The translations under genes and the position numbers were made by a program. Shown here piece after piece: positions 19,754 to 28,832 of a DNA stretch of 64,000 nt. The first letter of the stretch is position 1. Each line of letters begins with the position of its first letter. The notes beneath the pieces are model-generated. The model saw only the letters and a program-made list of their open reading frames with translations, did not search any database and was not told the origin of the DNA. This stretch comes from an uncultured Gammaproteobacteria bacterium (GTDB lineage: Bacteria > Patescibacteriota > Patescibacteriia > SG8-24 > DYFX01), in the NCBI GenBank assembly GCA_964400625.1, contig CAYNUS010000004.1, forward strand, positions 26,164 through 90,163, given 5' to 3'.

Positions 19754-20359
19754 ATGTCAGAACTGCAAGTCAAACCCCTCAAGTATAAGGAACTGCCCGG
19801 ATTGTCCGAGAAGCAGCTTTCGGAGCACCACGACGTGCTCTACGCCGGCTACGTCAAGAAGACCAACGAGATCCGCGGCAAGCTCGCCACGGTCTCCCTG
19901 GAGGGCGTGAACGCCACGCACAGCGATCTCCGCGAGCTCAAGCTCGAGGAGACGTTCGCGTTGAACGGCGTGAAGCTCCATGAGCGCTATTTCGACAACC
20001 TCGGCGGCAAGGGCGGCGCGCCCGAAGGCGTCGCGGCCGACTGGATCATGGAAGACTTCGGCTCCTACGAGAAGTGGCAGGCCGAATTTTCCGCCTGCGG
20101 CATGGCCGCGCGCGGCTGGGTCGTGCTGGCCTTCGACCTCGAGGAGAAGCGCCTCATGAACGTCGTCTGCGACGTCCACAACCAGGGCGGCGTCTGGGGC
20201 CAGGTCCCGCTCCTCGTCCTCGACGTCTACGAGCACGCCTACTTCCTCGACTACGCCACCGCCCGCAAGAAGTACCTGGAGACCTTCACCCAGAACGTCG
20301 ACTGGTCCGCCGTGAACGCGCAAATCGAGAAGTTTGACCTCGCGAAGTACCGAAGTTAA
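19754..20359 (+). CDS. Fe/Mn family superoxide dismutase
   Basis: 201 aa from the ATG. Has the conserved His pair near the N-terminus and C-terminal DVYEHAYFLDY (SOD signature DxWEHAYY-like). A TTG at 19706 is an alternative start. Confidence 0.75.
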   Translation: MSELQVKPLKYKELPGLSEKQLSEHHDVLYAGYVKKTNEIRGKLATVSLEGVNATHSDLRELKLEETFALNGVKLHERYFDNLGGKGGAPEGVAADWIMEDFGSYEKWQAEFSACGMAARGWVVLAFDLEEKRLMNVVCDVHNQGGVWGQVPLLVLDVYEHAYFLDYATARKKYLETFTQNVDWSAVNAQIEKFDLAKYRS

Positions 20360-20410
20360 GATGAAGCCTCGCCTCCACGGCGAGGCTTCTGCCATTAACC
20401 GCATCCATCT

Positions 20411-20923
20411 ATGACGTTCATCGGCCAGAAGGCGCCGGAGTTCAAGCTCCAGGGCGTCTCCCACGAGACGTTCGAGCACCACGCGCTCTCCGACTACAAG
20501 GGCAAGTGGGTCGTCCTGTTCTTCTACCCGCGCGACTTCACCTTCATCTGCCCCACCGAGATCACCGGCTACTCCAAGGCGGACGACGCCTTCAAGAAGC
20601 TGAACGCCCAGGTGCTCGGCGTCTCCACCGACTCCGCCTGGTCCCACAAGGCGTGGCTCAAGGAGCTCGGCGCCCTCAAGTACCCGCTCTTGGCCGACGT
20701 CACCCAGAAGGTCTCCGCCGCCTACGGCGTGCTCGACGAGACCGAAGGCGAAGCCATCCGCGGCACCTTCATCATCGATCCCGAAGGCACCGTGAAGTAC
20801 GCCCTCTACCACGACAACAACGTCGGCCGCTCCGTGAAGGAGACCCTCCGCGTCCTGGAGGCGCTCCAGACGGGCGAGAAGTGCCCGGTGGAGTGGAATC
20901 CGGGTGAGAAGACGTTGGGGTAA
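20411..20923 (+). CDS. peroxiredoxin (AhpC/Prx1 type)
   Basis: 170 aa with FTFICPTE peroxidatic Cys motif and a resolving Cys near the C-terminus (EKCPVEW). Confidence 0.85.
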   Translation: MTFIGQKAPEFKLQGVSHETFEHHALSDYKGKWVVLFFYPRDFTFICPTEITGYSKADDAFKKLNAQVLGVSTDSAWSHKAWLKELGALKYPLLADVTQKVSAAYGVLDETEGEAIRGTFIIDPEGTVKYALYHDNNVGRSVKETLRVLEALQTGEKCPVEWNPGEKTLG

Positions 20924-20932
20924 GAGAGAACG

Positions 20933-20959
20933 AAAAACCGGCCTTGCGGCCGGTTTTTT
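20933..20959. terminator. bidirectional Rho-independent terminator
   Basis: AAAAACCGGCC-ttgc-GGCCGGTTTTTT, between the convergent genes. Confidence 0.6.
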
Positions 20960-21320
20960 AGTGTCTCGGACTTTGCACGTTTTTATATTTTGGACCATCG
21001 TCCCGTTTCGGAACTTTCACATAGTCGCGAGGTGATTTCACCGGCCTGATAGCTGGAGCGCTCTTATGCTCTACTGGACGGCCACGAACGACTTTCATAG
21101 TAGATACTCCACCACGAAAAGTTGAAGCGGTTATTTTGGGTCCAACGTGGCGAATTCTTTTTTTGCGCAGTTTCGTACGAACCTCGCAGTTTACTGAACA
21201 AAAATTGCTGGGAAAGGCTGCGAATTTCCCGCATCCATTGCATCCCCGATTCCGGTTGCCATTCGTACGCTTCGCAACCGAGGGTCGCGGCAAATAAATA
21301 TACGAGATCTTTTTCGACAT
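20958..21320 (-). CDS. hypothetical basic Cys-rich protein in a low-GC (about 47%) segment
   Basis: 120-aa ORF 3 nt downstream of pepA. Contains CNGCGK...CSVNC (a possible zinc ribbon) and is very Lys/Arg rich. GC is far below the surrounding 68%. Confidence 0.45.
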   Translation of the reverse strand: MSKKISYIYLPRPSVAKRTNGNRNRGCNGCGKFAAFPSNFCSVNCEVRTKLRKKRIRHVGPKITASTFRGGVSTMKVVRGRPVEHKSAPAIRPVKSPRDYVKVPKRDDGPKYKNVQSPRH

Positions 21321-21322
21321 AG

Positions 21323-22816
21323 TTACACCCTCCTCAAAAACTCAAGTAGCAACCTCGCCCCATACCCGCTCGCCCCCCACGGCCGCTCGTCCTGATAGTC
21401 CTTCTCGTTGTAGGACGGCCCCGCGATGTCGAGGTGGGCCCAGCTGGGGGTTTCGCCGATGAATTCCTTGAGGAACAGTCCGGCGGTGATGGTGCCGGCG
21501 CCGCCTTTGCTGCCGATGTTCTTGAGGTCGGCGTGGCGGCTCTTCACCTGCTCGGCGTAGGGCGCGTAGAGCGGGAGCCTCCAGAGCGGCTCGCCCGAGG
21601 TCGCGGAGGCCTGTTCGAGGCGCGCGGCGAGCTTGTCGTCGTCGGTGAGCATGCCGGTGATGTCCTGTCCGAGCGCGACGATGCAGGCGCCGGTGAGCGT
21701 CGCCAGGTCGATCATCATGTCGGGCTTGAGCTGGGAACCGTAGAAGAGCGTGTCAGCGAGCGTCACGCGGCCTTCGGCGTCGGTGTTCAGGATCTCGATG
21801 GTCTTGCCAGACATCGTCTTCACTATGTCGCCGGGGCGGATAGCGTGGCCCGACGGCATGTTCTCGACCATGGCGCAGATGCCGTGGACCTCGACGGGGA
21901 TCTTCAGCGCGGTGAGCGCCCGGAAGACAGCCAGCACGGCTGCGGCACCCGCCATATCGATCTTCATGTCCATCATCCCGTCGGCGGGCTTGAGCGAAAG
22001 GCCGCCCGAATCGAACGTCACGCCCTTTCCGACCAAGACGACGCGCTTCTTCGCCTTCACGGCGGGTTTGTAGGCGAGGTGGATCATCTTCGGCTCGTGC
22101 GCGGAACCTTGCGCCACGGCCAAGACGCCGCCGGCGCCCATCTCCTGGAGCTCCTTGCGGCCGAAGATCTTGATGGTCATGCGCTTCTGTCCCACGGCCA
22201 GCGCGATGGCTTCCTGCACGAAGGTGGCAGGGTGCATCTCGAGCGCCGGGGTGTTCACGAGGTTCCGCGCGTACGCGGAAGCGCCGGCGAAGGCCTGGGC
22301 GTCGGCCACGGCCTTGTCGAAGAACTTGGCGTTGATGGCGAGCGCCGTGAGCAGCGCGACCTCTTCCAACGGCTTGGCCTTCTTGTCCTCCTTATAGCGG
22401 TCGTAGCGGTACGCGCCGAGGATGAGGCCCTCCGCGGCCGCCTGGATGGCCTCGCCGACCTTCGGGCTGGCCTTCTCGAACGGCAGCCAGAGTGCCAGCG
22501 TCGCGGCCTTGTTGGCGCCGGCCAGCTTCGCCGCGCGCGCCGTGGCGCTCCGCAGGCGCTTCAGATCGAACCCTTTCCGCTCGCCGAGGCCGAGGAGCGC
22601 CAGCTTGCGGTACGGCAGCTTGCCGTGGGTATGGATGACGAGCGTCGCTCCGACCGAGGCCTTGTACTCCTCTTCCTTCACATGGACCGAAAGATGCCCG
22701 CCCAGCGCGGCATCGAGCTTGGAGACCGGCGTGATCTCCGAACCTTCAAAGACGCCGACGATGAGGATTTCAGCTTTGGCTTCCTGAGGAAGCGCGGTGG
22801 AGCGGAGGATGCGCAT
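21323..22816 (-). CDS. pepA: leucyl aminopeptidase (M17)
   Basis: 497 aa with NTDAEGRL signature and metal ligands. Confidence 0.9.
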   Translation of the reverse strand: MRILRSTALPQEAKAEILIVGVFEGSEITPVSKLDAALGGHLSVHVKEEEYKASVGATLVIHTHGKLPYRKLALLGLGERKGFDLKRLRSATARAAKLAGANKAATLALWLPFEKASPKVGEAIQAAAEGLILGAYRYDRYKEDKKAKPLEEVALLTALAINAKFFDKAVADAQAFAGASAYARNLVNTPALEMHPATFVQEAIALAVGQKRMTIKIFGRKELQEMGAGGVLAVAQGSAHEPKMIHLAYKPAVKAKKRVVLVGKGVTFDSGGLSLKPADGMMDMKIDMAGAAAVLAVFRALTALKIPVEVHGICAMVENMPSGHAIRPGDIVKTMSGKTIEILNTDAEGRVTLADTLFYGSQLKPDMMIDLATLTGACIVALGQDITGMLTDDDKLAARLEQASATSGEPLWRLPLYAPYAEQVKSRHADLKNIGSKGGAGTITAGLFLKEFIGETPSWAHLDIAGPSYNEKDYQDERPWGASGYGARLLLEFLRRV

Positions 22817-22882
22817 ATGCGAAATGAGGTGACTTCAGAGCCACCTTAGTGCCGATTCATGGCGCGGTCAATCCAAAAACAT

Positions 22883-22974
22883 GTCACCCCTGCGAAAGCA
22901 GGGGCCCATTTCCTTCAGCGACTTTTGAAGGTTTCCGCTGGGGAAATGGGTCCCGGGTCTCCGCCCGGGATGAC
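22883..22974. repeat. palindromic intergenic element, copy 5
   Basis: GTCACCCCTGCGAAAGCAGGGGCCCATTTCC...GGAAATGGGTCCCGGGTCTCCGCCCGGGATGAC. Confidence 0.65.
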
Positions 22975-22975
22975 A

Positions 22976-23275
22976 TTAAAGAGCGCCCTCCTTCTTCAAC
23001 AGCGCCAGCTTCTTCTTCGGCCCTCCGAACGCGTAATCCCCCACTTTCCCGTCGGCCCGGATGACGCGATGGCACGGCACGCGCTTCGTGTCGGTGTTGC
23101 GGCTCATGATGGTGCCGACGGCGCGGGCGGCGCCGGGGCGTCCGGCGGCCTTGGCGACCTCCCCGTAGGTGCGTGTCTCGCCGCGCGGGATCTTCGCCAC
23201 GACGGCGTAGACCTTACGCGCGAACGGCGTGTCAGGCTCCGAGCGCCTTGAGGTCGGCGAGGACTTCTTCGGCAT
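22976..23275 (-). CDS. methylated-DNA-[protein]-cysteine S-methyltransferase, DNA-binding domain protein (MGMT family)
   Basis: C-terminal 83 aa carry the PCHRV active-site motif and the HTH (YGEVA). The start is uncertain because the upstream frame overlaps bcp. Confidence 0.6.
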   Translation of the reverse strand: MPKKSSPTSRRSEPDTPFARKVYAVVAKIPRGETRTYGEVAKAAGRPGAARAVGTIMSRNTDTKRVPCHRVIRADGKVGDYAFGGPKKKLALLKKEGAL

Positions 23276-23699
23276 GCTCTTTCGGTTTGACGCCTTCATA
23301 GATCTTGGCGATCTTCCCTTCCGGGTCGATGAGATACGAGTTACGCAGGATGCCCATGTATTCGCGGCCCATGAACTTCTTCTTGGCCCAGACGCCATAG
23401 GCGCCGAGCATCTCCTTCTTCTCGTCGGAGAGGAGCGTGAACGGCAGCTCGTACTTCTCGGCGAACTTGGCGTGCTTCTTCACGGGGTCAGCGCTCACGC
23501 CGAGCACGACCGCTTTCATCTTCTTGAACTTTGGAAAATTGTCGCGGAGCGTGCAGGCTTCGACCGTGCAGCCCGGCGTGTCGTCCTTGGGATAGAAGTA
23601 CAGCAGGACCCACTGGCCGAGGTAGTCCTTCAGGTCATGTTCCTTCCCGGCCTGGTCCGGCAGGCGGAATCCAGGGGCTTTCTGTCCGATCTTCAGCAT
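23232..23699 (-). CDS. bcp: thioredoxin-dependent thiol peroxidase (Bcp / PrxQ)
   Basis: MLKIGQKAPGF... with the PGCT peroxidatic Cys motif. About 155 aa. Confidence 0.85.
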   Translation of the reverse strand: MLKIGQKAPGFRLPDQAGKEHDLKDYLGQWVLLYFYPKDDTPGCTVEACTLRDNFPKFKKMKAVVLGVSADPVKKHAKFAEKYELPFTLLSDEKKEMLGAYGVWAKKKFMGREYMGILRNSYLIDPEGKIAKIYEGVKPKEHAEEVLADLKALGA

Positions 23700-23819
23700 A
23701 GAGATTCGTTTGGTGAGTATTCCACCCCGGCGGAGGCCGGGGACCACGCTAGTGGGGGTCCGAATCGTTGGGGGGTGGACCCCGTCCTTCGACGGGGTGG
23801 TTTATGATATCATAGCCCC

Positions 23820-24158
23820 ATGTCAGACACCCCTTTGATCGGACAAGTCTGCGTCTCGTGCCGCCCCGGCATGCCGACGCTCACGCAGGGCGAGATCGAC
23901 GCCTTCATGCCGCAGACCCCAGGGTGGGTCCTGTCGGACGACGGAAAGTGGATCCGCCGCGACTTCAAGTTCAAGAACTTCAAGGAGGCGCTCGACTTCC
24001 TGAACAAGGTCGGCGAGATCGCCGAAGCCGAGGGTCATCACCCGGACTACCGCGGCGGCTGGGGCAAGCTCACGCTCGAGCTCACGACCCACGCCATCCA
24101 CGGCCTCTCGAAGAACGACTTCATCCTCGCCGCGAAAACGAACGCCCTGCTCGGCTGA
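23820..24158 (+). CDS. pterin-4-alpha-carbinolamine dehydratase
   Basis: 112 aa with the EGHHPD motif characteristic of PCD/DCoH. Confidence 0.85.
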   Translation: MSDTPLIGQVCVSCRPGMPTLTQGEIDAFMPQTPGWVLSDDGKWIRRDFKFKNFKEALDFLNKVGEIAEAEGHHPDYRGGWGKLTLELTTHAIHGLSKNDFILAAKTNALLG

Positions 24159-24189
24159 GCAAGGCGTTTTTTCTTCGTTGATGCTTTTC

Positions 24190-24277
24190 GTCATCCCGAG
24201 CGAGGCATTCCAGCCGAGCGGTAGGGATCCTTTTTAAAAGCGATTCCTACCGCGCGCCTTCGCGCGCTCGGAATGAC
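24190..24277. repeat. palindromic intergenic element, copy 6
   Basis: GTCATCCCGAGCGAGG...GGTAGGGATCCTTTTTAAAAGCGATTCCTACC...GCGCTCGGAATGAC. The internal block is nearly identical to copy 2. Confidence 0.7.
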
Positions 24278-24288
24278 GACGATATCGA

Positions 24289-25473
24289 TCATCGGCTGAC
24301 GCGGAAGATGAACGTCTTCAGGTAGTTCGATTCGGGGAAATAGACGGACTGCGGATGATCGGCGCTCTGGCGCACGACGGCGAGCATGTCGAGCGTGATG
24401 CCGGCCTGCACGGAGGCGCGACGGAGCGTGTAGGCCAGGTCGTCTTCCGTCAGGAAGTGCGAGCAGCTGGACGTGGCGAAGATGCCGCCGTCCTTCACGA
24501 GGCGCATCGCGGCGCGGTTCAGGAAGTGGTATGCCTTGCGGCCGCTCTCGGCGTCCTTCATCGCCTTGATGAGGGCCGGCGGATCCATCACCACCATGTC
24601 GAGGTCGCCGTCCTTCTGCTCGCCGAGCCACTGGAAGATGTCGGCGTTCTCCGTCGTGAAGTCGGCGGCCTTGATCTTGTGGAGCTTGGCGTGCTTTTCG
24701 CAGAGCGCGAGGGCGTCCTCGGAGGAATCCATGTTGCGCACGGACTCGGCGCCGCCCTTCATCATCGCCACGCCGGCCGCGCCGGAGTACGAGAAGAGGC
24801 TGAGCACCTTGCGGCCCTCGGCGAACCGGGCGAGCGCCGCGCGCGCGTCCTTCTGGTCGAGGAAGAAGCCGGTCTTCTGTCCGGCCTTCACGTCGGCCAG
24901 GAACTTCAGGCCGTTCTCCTTGAACTCCACGATCTCCGCTTCGCCCGTATGGACCTCGACGACGTCCTCGAGCAGTTCCTCCTCGCGGACGGAGAGGTCG
25001 CTGCGTTCGATGATGTTCTTCGGGGCCAGGACCTTCTCGATGGCGGCGATGACGTCGAGGCGGAAGCGGTCCATGCCGGTCGTGGAGATCTGGAAGACGA
25101 CGGTGTCGTCGTAGCGGTCGACGACCAGGCCCGGGAGATGGTCCGCCTCGCCGAAGACGACGCGATAGCCGGTGGTCTCGGTACCGGGGCCGTAGCCCAT
25201 CGCCAGGCGGCGGTCGTTCGCCTCCTTCAGGCGCGCGGCGATCCAGGCGCCGTCGATCTCCTTGTCGCCGAACGCGAAGACGCGCACCGCGATGGAACTG
25301 CGGGCCGAATAGGTGCCGGTCGCGAGGACGATGCCGCGCTTGTCGGCGACGCGGACGACGGTCCCGTGCGCGGAGTCGTCCGGGGCGTCCTCGAGCGCGC
25401 CGGAGAAGATCCACGGATGGCGGAACGCCACGTTGGCCTCCTTACCGGCCTTGAGTTTGATGATGGGGTTCAT
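24289..25473 (-). CDS. class I SAM-dependent rRNA methyltransferase (RlmI/RlmK-like, PUA plus MTase)
   Basis: 394 aa with an N-terminal PUA-like region, a SAM-binding fold, and an LFSYSG glycine-rich motif. Confidence 0.75.
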   Translation of the reverse strand: MNPIIKLKAGKEANVAFRHPWIFSGALEDAPDDSAHGTVVRVADKRGIVLATGTYSARSSIAVRVFAFGDKEIDGAWIAARLKEANDRRLAMGYGPGTETTGYRVVFGEADHLPGLVVDRYDDTVVFQISTTGMDRFRLDVIAAIEKVLAPKNIIERSDLSVREEELLEDVVEVHTGEAEIVEFKENGLKFLADVKAGQKTGFFLDQKDARAALARFAEGRKVLSLFSYSGAAGVAMMKGGAESVRNMDSSEDALALCEKHAKLHKIKAADFTTENADIFQWLGEQKDGDLDMVVMDPPALIKAMKDAESGRKAYHFLNRAAMRLVKDGGIFATSSCSHFLTEDDLAYTLRRASVQAGITLDMLAVVRQSADHPQSVYFPESNYLKTFIFRVSR

Positions 25474-25503
25474 AGCGCGCGGTAGCGTATCACGATTTCG
25501 CGG

Positions 25504-25534
25504 AAAAAGAAAGGCTCAACCGAGAGGTTGAGCC
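25504..25534 (-). terminator. Rho-independent terminator
   Basis: GGCTCAACC-gaga-GGTTGAGCC followed by TTTCTTTTT on the minus strand. Confidence 0.6.
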
Positions 25535-25753
25535 GTGCTGAGGGCCTTGGTGGCCAGATCGAGGAGCGCCAGAAGCGCTTCCTCCAGCCGATGCCCGACG
25601 TCGGGCAGAAAGACCTTGAGCGTAAGGAGCGTCAGGACGAGGAGGAAGACCTGCCGCATATTCCGGGGGTTAGACCCCGAGGGCGGCTTAAGGTTCCTCC
25701 TCGGGCACCGGCTTCGCGCGCGGCTCGAGGGCAATGTCCGAGGAGGACATACC

Positions 25754-25782
25754 TTTATATACGTTTTTTCCGATCTTGTCAA
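25754..25782 (-). promoter_or_regulatory. sigma70-like promoter (TTGACA-N17-TATAAA) on minus strand
   Basis: Reverse complement of 25754-25782 reads TTGACAagatcggaaaaaacgtaTATAAA. It is an AT-rich island in a GC-rich background, flanked by two terminators. Confidence 0.5.
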
Positions 25783-25793
25783 GCCGCGCATAC

Positions 25794-25822
25794 AAAGAAA
25801 AACGCCCGTCTAGAGACGGGCG
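25794..25822 (-). terminator. Rho-independent terminator overlapping the hom stop codon
   Basis: CGCCCGTC-taga-GACGGGCG followed by TTTTTCTTT on the minus strand. The TAG stop lies in the loop. Confidence 0.6.
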
Positions 25823-26838
25823 AGGGAGCGGAGCAGATCGCCGAAGACGGCGGTGGCGGTGACCGCGGCGCCGGCGCCTGGCCCGCGGATGACGATCGGG
25901 TGCGGACCGTTCCGCTCCGTCTCGATGATGAAGCGGTTCTCCGGGCCTTCGAGCGGAGATCGGCCCGCGGCGCGTTCGCGCAGGCCGCCGCGCACGACGC
26001 TCGAACCGGAGATGGTCGGCTCGATCTCGACGACGTACTCCACCGGCCCGTGCGGCGACCATGCTTCGGGCCAGGCGGTGACGTCCTTCAGCTTCTCGAC
26101 GAAGCCCTCGCCGAAGAGGTTCGCCGCGTCCGGCGCGATGACCGGCGCGATGGCGTCTTCCGGGACCCACCAGCAGCCGCAGAGGCTCGCCAGGATCTTG
26201 GTCTTGCGCGCGACGTCCTTGCAGAGCAAGTCCTCGCGCGGATCGGGCTCGGTCAGACCCAGCTCGCGCGCCTCGGAGAGCGCCTTCCCGAACGGCACGC
26301 GCTTGGCATGCGCCTCGCACAGGAAGTTCAGGGTGCCGGAGAGCGTCGCCGTGAGCCGCACGATGCGGTCGCCGGTCTCGATCAGCTCGCGGAGCGTACG
26401 GATGACGGGCAGGCCGCCGCCGACGGTCGCCTCGAACCAGTAGGCCCGATGCGAGCGATGATCCATCGCTTCCGTCAGCCGGCGGAACGTCGGAAGGTCC
26501 ACGTCGAGCGGCCGCTTGTTGGCGGTCACGACCGGGAATCCGGACTCGACGAGCGAGAGGTGCAGCGCCAGGGTCCGTGCGTCCGAGACGTCGACCACGA
26601 CCGGTTCGCGACCGTGCCGGCGCAGTTCCAGCGCCATCTCGACGATCGGGAGCCACGCGTCCGACGACGTGCGCCGGTCGGTCTTGCCGCCCGCGCGGTC
26701 GATCCAGCCGCTCGTGACTTCCGCCTCCAAGACGAACTTAAGGTCGGTCCCGGTCCGCTCGTTATACGCGCGGAGGTGCCGCTTGAGGGCGCTCCCGACG
26801 CGTCCGCGTCCGATCAGGATCAGGTCGATCTCTCGCAT
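25810..26838 (-). CDS. hom: homoserine dehydrogenase
   Basis: Start MREIDLILIGRGRVGSA (NAD-binding GxGxxG). ACT-less short form. Confidence 0.85.
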   Translation of the reverse strand: MREIDLILIGRGRVGSALKRHLRAYNERTGTDLKFVLEAEVTSGWIDRAGGKTDRRTSSDAWLPIVEMALELRRHGREPVVVDVSDARTLALHLSLVESGFPVVTANKRPLDVDLPTFRRLTEAMDHRSHRAYWFEATVGGGLPVIRTLRELIETGDRIVRLTATLSGTLNFLCEAHAKRVPFGKALSEARELGLTEPDPREDLLCKDVARKTKILASLCGCWWVPEDAIAPVIAPDAANLFGEGFVEKLKDVTAWPEAWSPHGPVEYVVEIEPTISGSSVVRGGLRERAAGRSPLEGPENRFIIETERNGPHPIVIRGPGAGAAVTATAVFGDLLRSLARL

Positions 26839-26936
26839 GCATGCCTCCTCGCGGTTGGACCGCCGAGGCGTTCTTACCACGCTTTCGCCGCTTCGTGAAG
26901 GCAAAACCGCCCCCGAGGAGGCGGTTTTGCGGCCGT

Positions 26937-27935
26937 TCAGGCCCGGGGTTGGCGCTTCTTCCAGAGCCGCCAGACGATCCAGGCGACGAGGCCGATGGGG
27001 AGCAGGATGCCGCCCCAGACGATGACGACGTAGATGAGTCCGGCGACGAGGTCCTGCGCGGAGGCGACCAAGGTCTGCACGGCGCCGCGGAAGATGGCGC
27101 CGAGGCGGAACTCCTTGGTGGGAGCGCGGACGGTCGCCTCTTCCTCGAGCGAGACGGAGATCGTGGAGTAGGACGTCGTGTTCTCGAGGTACTTCAGGCG
27201 CCCCTCGTACGACTCGATGACGGAGCGGATCGAACCGAGGCGTTCCTGCACCTTGAGCGTGTCTTCGACGGTGCGGGCCTGCTTCAGGATCTCGAGGTAC
27301 GTCTCCTCTTGGGCCTTGGCGTTGCGGAGCTGGGCCTGGAGGTCGGTGTACTGCTCGGTGACGTCCTGACCGGTCGCGGTCTCATGCTTCACGAGCGTCG
27401 CGAGGCCCTTGATGGCGGACATCGCTTCCTCGAACTTCGCGACCGGCACGCGCACGCTGACGTCGCCGCCGTAGGTGCCGTCGCCGCGTTCGGTGACGGA
27501 CGAGCTCTGGACGAAGCCGCCGCGTTCGGTGGCGATCTTGGCGACGTCGGCCGCCGCGTCGGTCACCTTCTCGACCACCATGCGGAGGTAGCCGTTCTTC
27601 ACGATCTTCTGGTCGACTTCGGCGGCGGTCTGCCCGGCCGTCGGCTGGGGCGACGGGAAGTACAGCATGGCCATGTCGCGGCCGTCGTAGTCCGCCGGCG
27701 GCATCGGCGCGATCGACGGCGCCATCGCCTTGCCGGGGTACCCGCCCCCGACCGCCGATTCCTCGTAGGCGTAGGAGTCGGTCGTGACCCCCATCATCGC
27801 CTCGCCCCGGTCGAAGGCGAGCGGATACGGCTTACGGTCGTCCCATTTCACGGCCGCCGTGATGACCAGCGCGACCGCGAGGATCGCGAGGGCCGTCTTC
27901 GGCTTCTGCTTGAAGTACGCGACGAGGTTCGTCAT
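26937..27935 (-). CDS. DUF4349-like membrane-anchored protein
   Basis: Internal start MTNLVAYFKQKPKTALAILAVALV. Has an N-terminal TM helix, a coiled-coil middle, and a C-terminal TM helix. Confidence 0.55.
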   Translation of the reverse strand: MTNLVAYFKQKPKTALAILAVALVITAAVKWDDRKPYPLAFDRGEAMMGVTTDSYAYEESAVGGGYPGKAMAPSIAPMPPADYDGRDMAMLYFPSPQPTAGQTAAEVDQKIVKNGYLRMVVEKVTDAAADVAKIATERGGFVQSSSVTERGDGTYGGDVSVRVPVAKFEEAMSAIKGLATLVKHETATGQDVTEQYTDLQAQLRNAKAQEETYLEILKQARTVEDTLKVQERLGSIRSVIESYEGRLKYLENTTSYSTISVSLEEEATVRAPTKEFRLGAIFRGAVQTLVASAQDLVAGLIYVVIVWGGILLPIGLVAWIVWRLWKKRQPRA

Positions 27936-28032
27936 AGGTCGATGAAACTTAGTTTCTAGGCCCATTCTACCATGTCCTACGATCCCGCGCCTTTTCGGTA
28001 ACGAAAATCCCGCGCGGAGGGCGCGGGAGAGG

Positions 28033-28728
28033 CTAACCGTCGATGCCGACGTACTTGAGGTCCCGGAAGAGGTCCGGGCGGAGGTTGAAGAACCGCTGGT
28101 CCTTGGGCGGCTTGGCGTCGACCGCCTGGATGGAACTCCACTTGCGAAGGTCGCACGGGAACGCTTCCGTCGGGTCCGTGATCTTGATGATCTCGAGCGT
28201 GGTGCCGGCGCCCTTGGTGTAGGAGAACCGGTGGATGCCGTCGAGGACGGCGTGGCGGTTGGCGATCTGCTCGACGATGGGCGGCAGGTACTGGGCGATG
28301 GCCCGGTCCCCTTCCGCCGTCGTGCCGAAGATGAGGCTCGCGCCCTTCTTGGCGATGCCGTACGGCACGTCGTGCTCGTCGAACATGGCGGTGAACAGCT
28401 CATGCAGATCGTTGATCTTGCGGCGCTCGACGAAGGTCTGGCCGACCTTCGACATGCGCGGGTCCATGCGGTAGCGGTCGATGCGGCAGCCGGCGTACGG
28501 CTTCCGTCCGGGATCGCCCGCGAGCGGGACGCTCTCCAGCAGGCGCTCGAGGTAATCGAGGCGCATGTTCAGGATGTGGCGCGCCGAAACGATCTGCCGC
28601 GGCGACACGATGCGGTCGGCGCCGGACATCTGTGCGTACTCGCGCATGTCGATGCCGGTGCGGCGGCCGAACTCGGAAAGGTCGATGGGCAGGAACGAGG
28701 ACATGGGAAAGACCTCCGGTCGGCACAC
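28033..28728 (-). CDS. hypothetical protein (231 aa)
   Basis: Clean ORF with conserved-looking sequence, but no family recognised by eye. Confidence 0.5.
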   Translation of the reverse strand: MCRPEVFPMSSFLPIDLSEFGRRTGIDMREYAQMSGADRIVSPRQIVSARHILNMRLDYLERLLESVPLAGDPGRKPYAGCRIDRYRMDPRMSKVGQTFVERRKINDLHELFTAMFDEHDVPYGIAKKGASLIFGTTAEGDRAIAQYLPPIVEQIANRHAVLDGIHRFSYTKGAGTTLEIIKITDPTEAFPCDLRKWSSIQAVDAKPPKDQRFFNLRPDLFRDLKYVGIDG

Positions 28729-28832
28729 TCTACGCCCGGACGGCTCCGCAGGCTTGTGGACAACTTGCCCAGCGGCGGGAAGCGTCGTATCATCGTTCCA
28801 GCGCGGCGTTTCTGCCGGGCGGAACCCTCACC

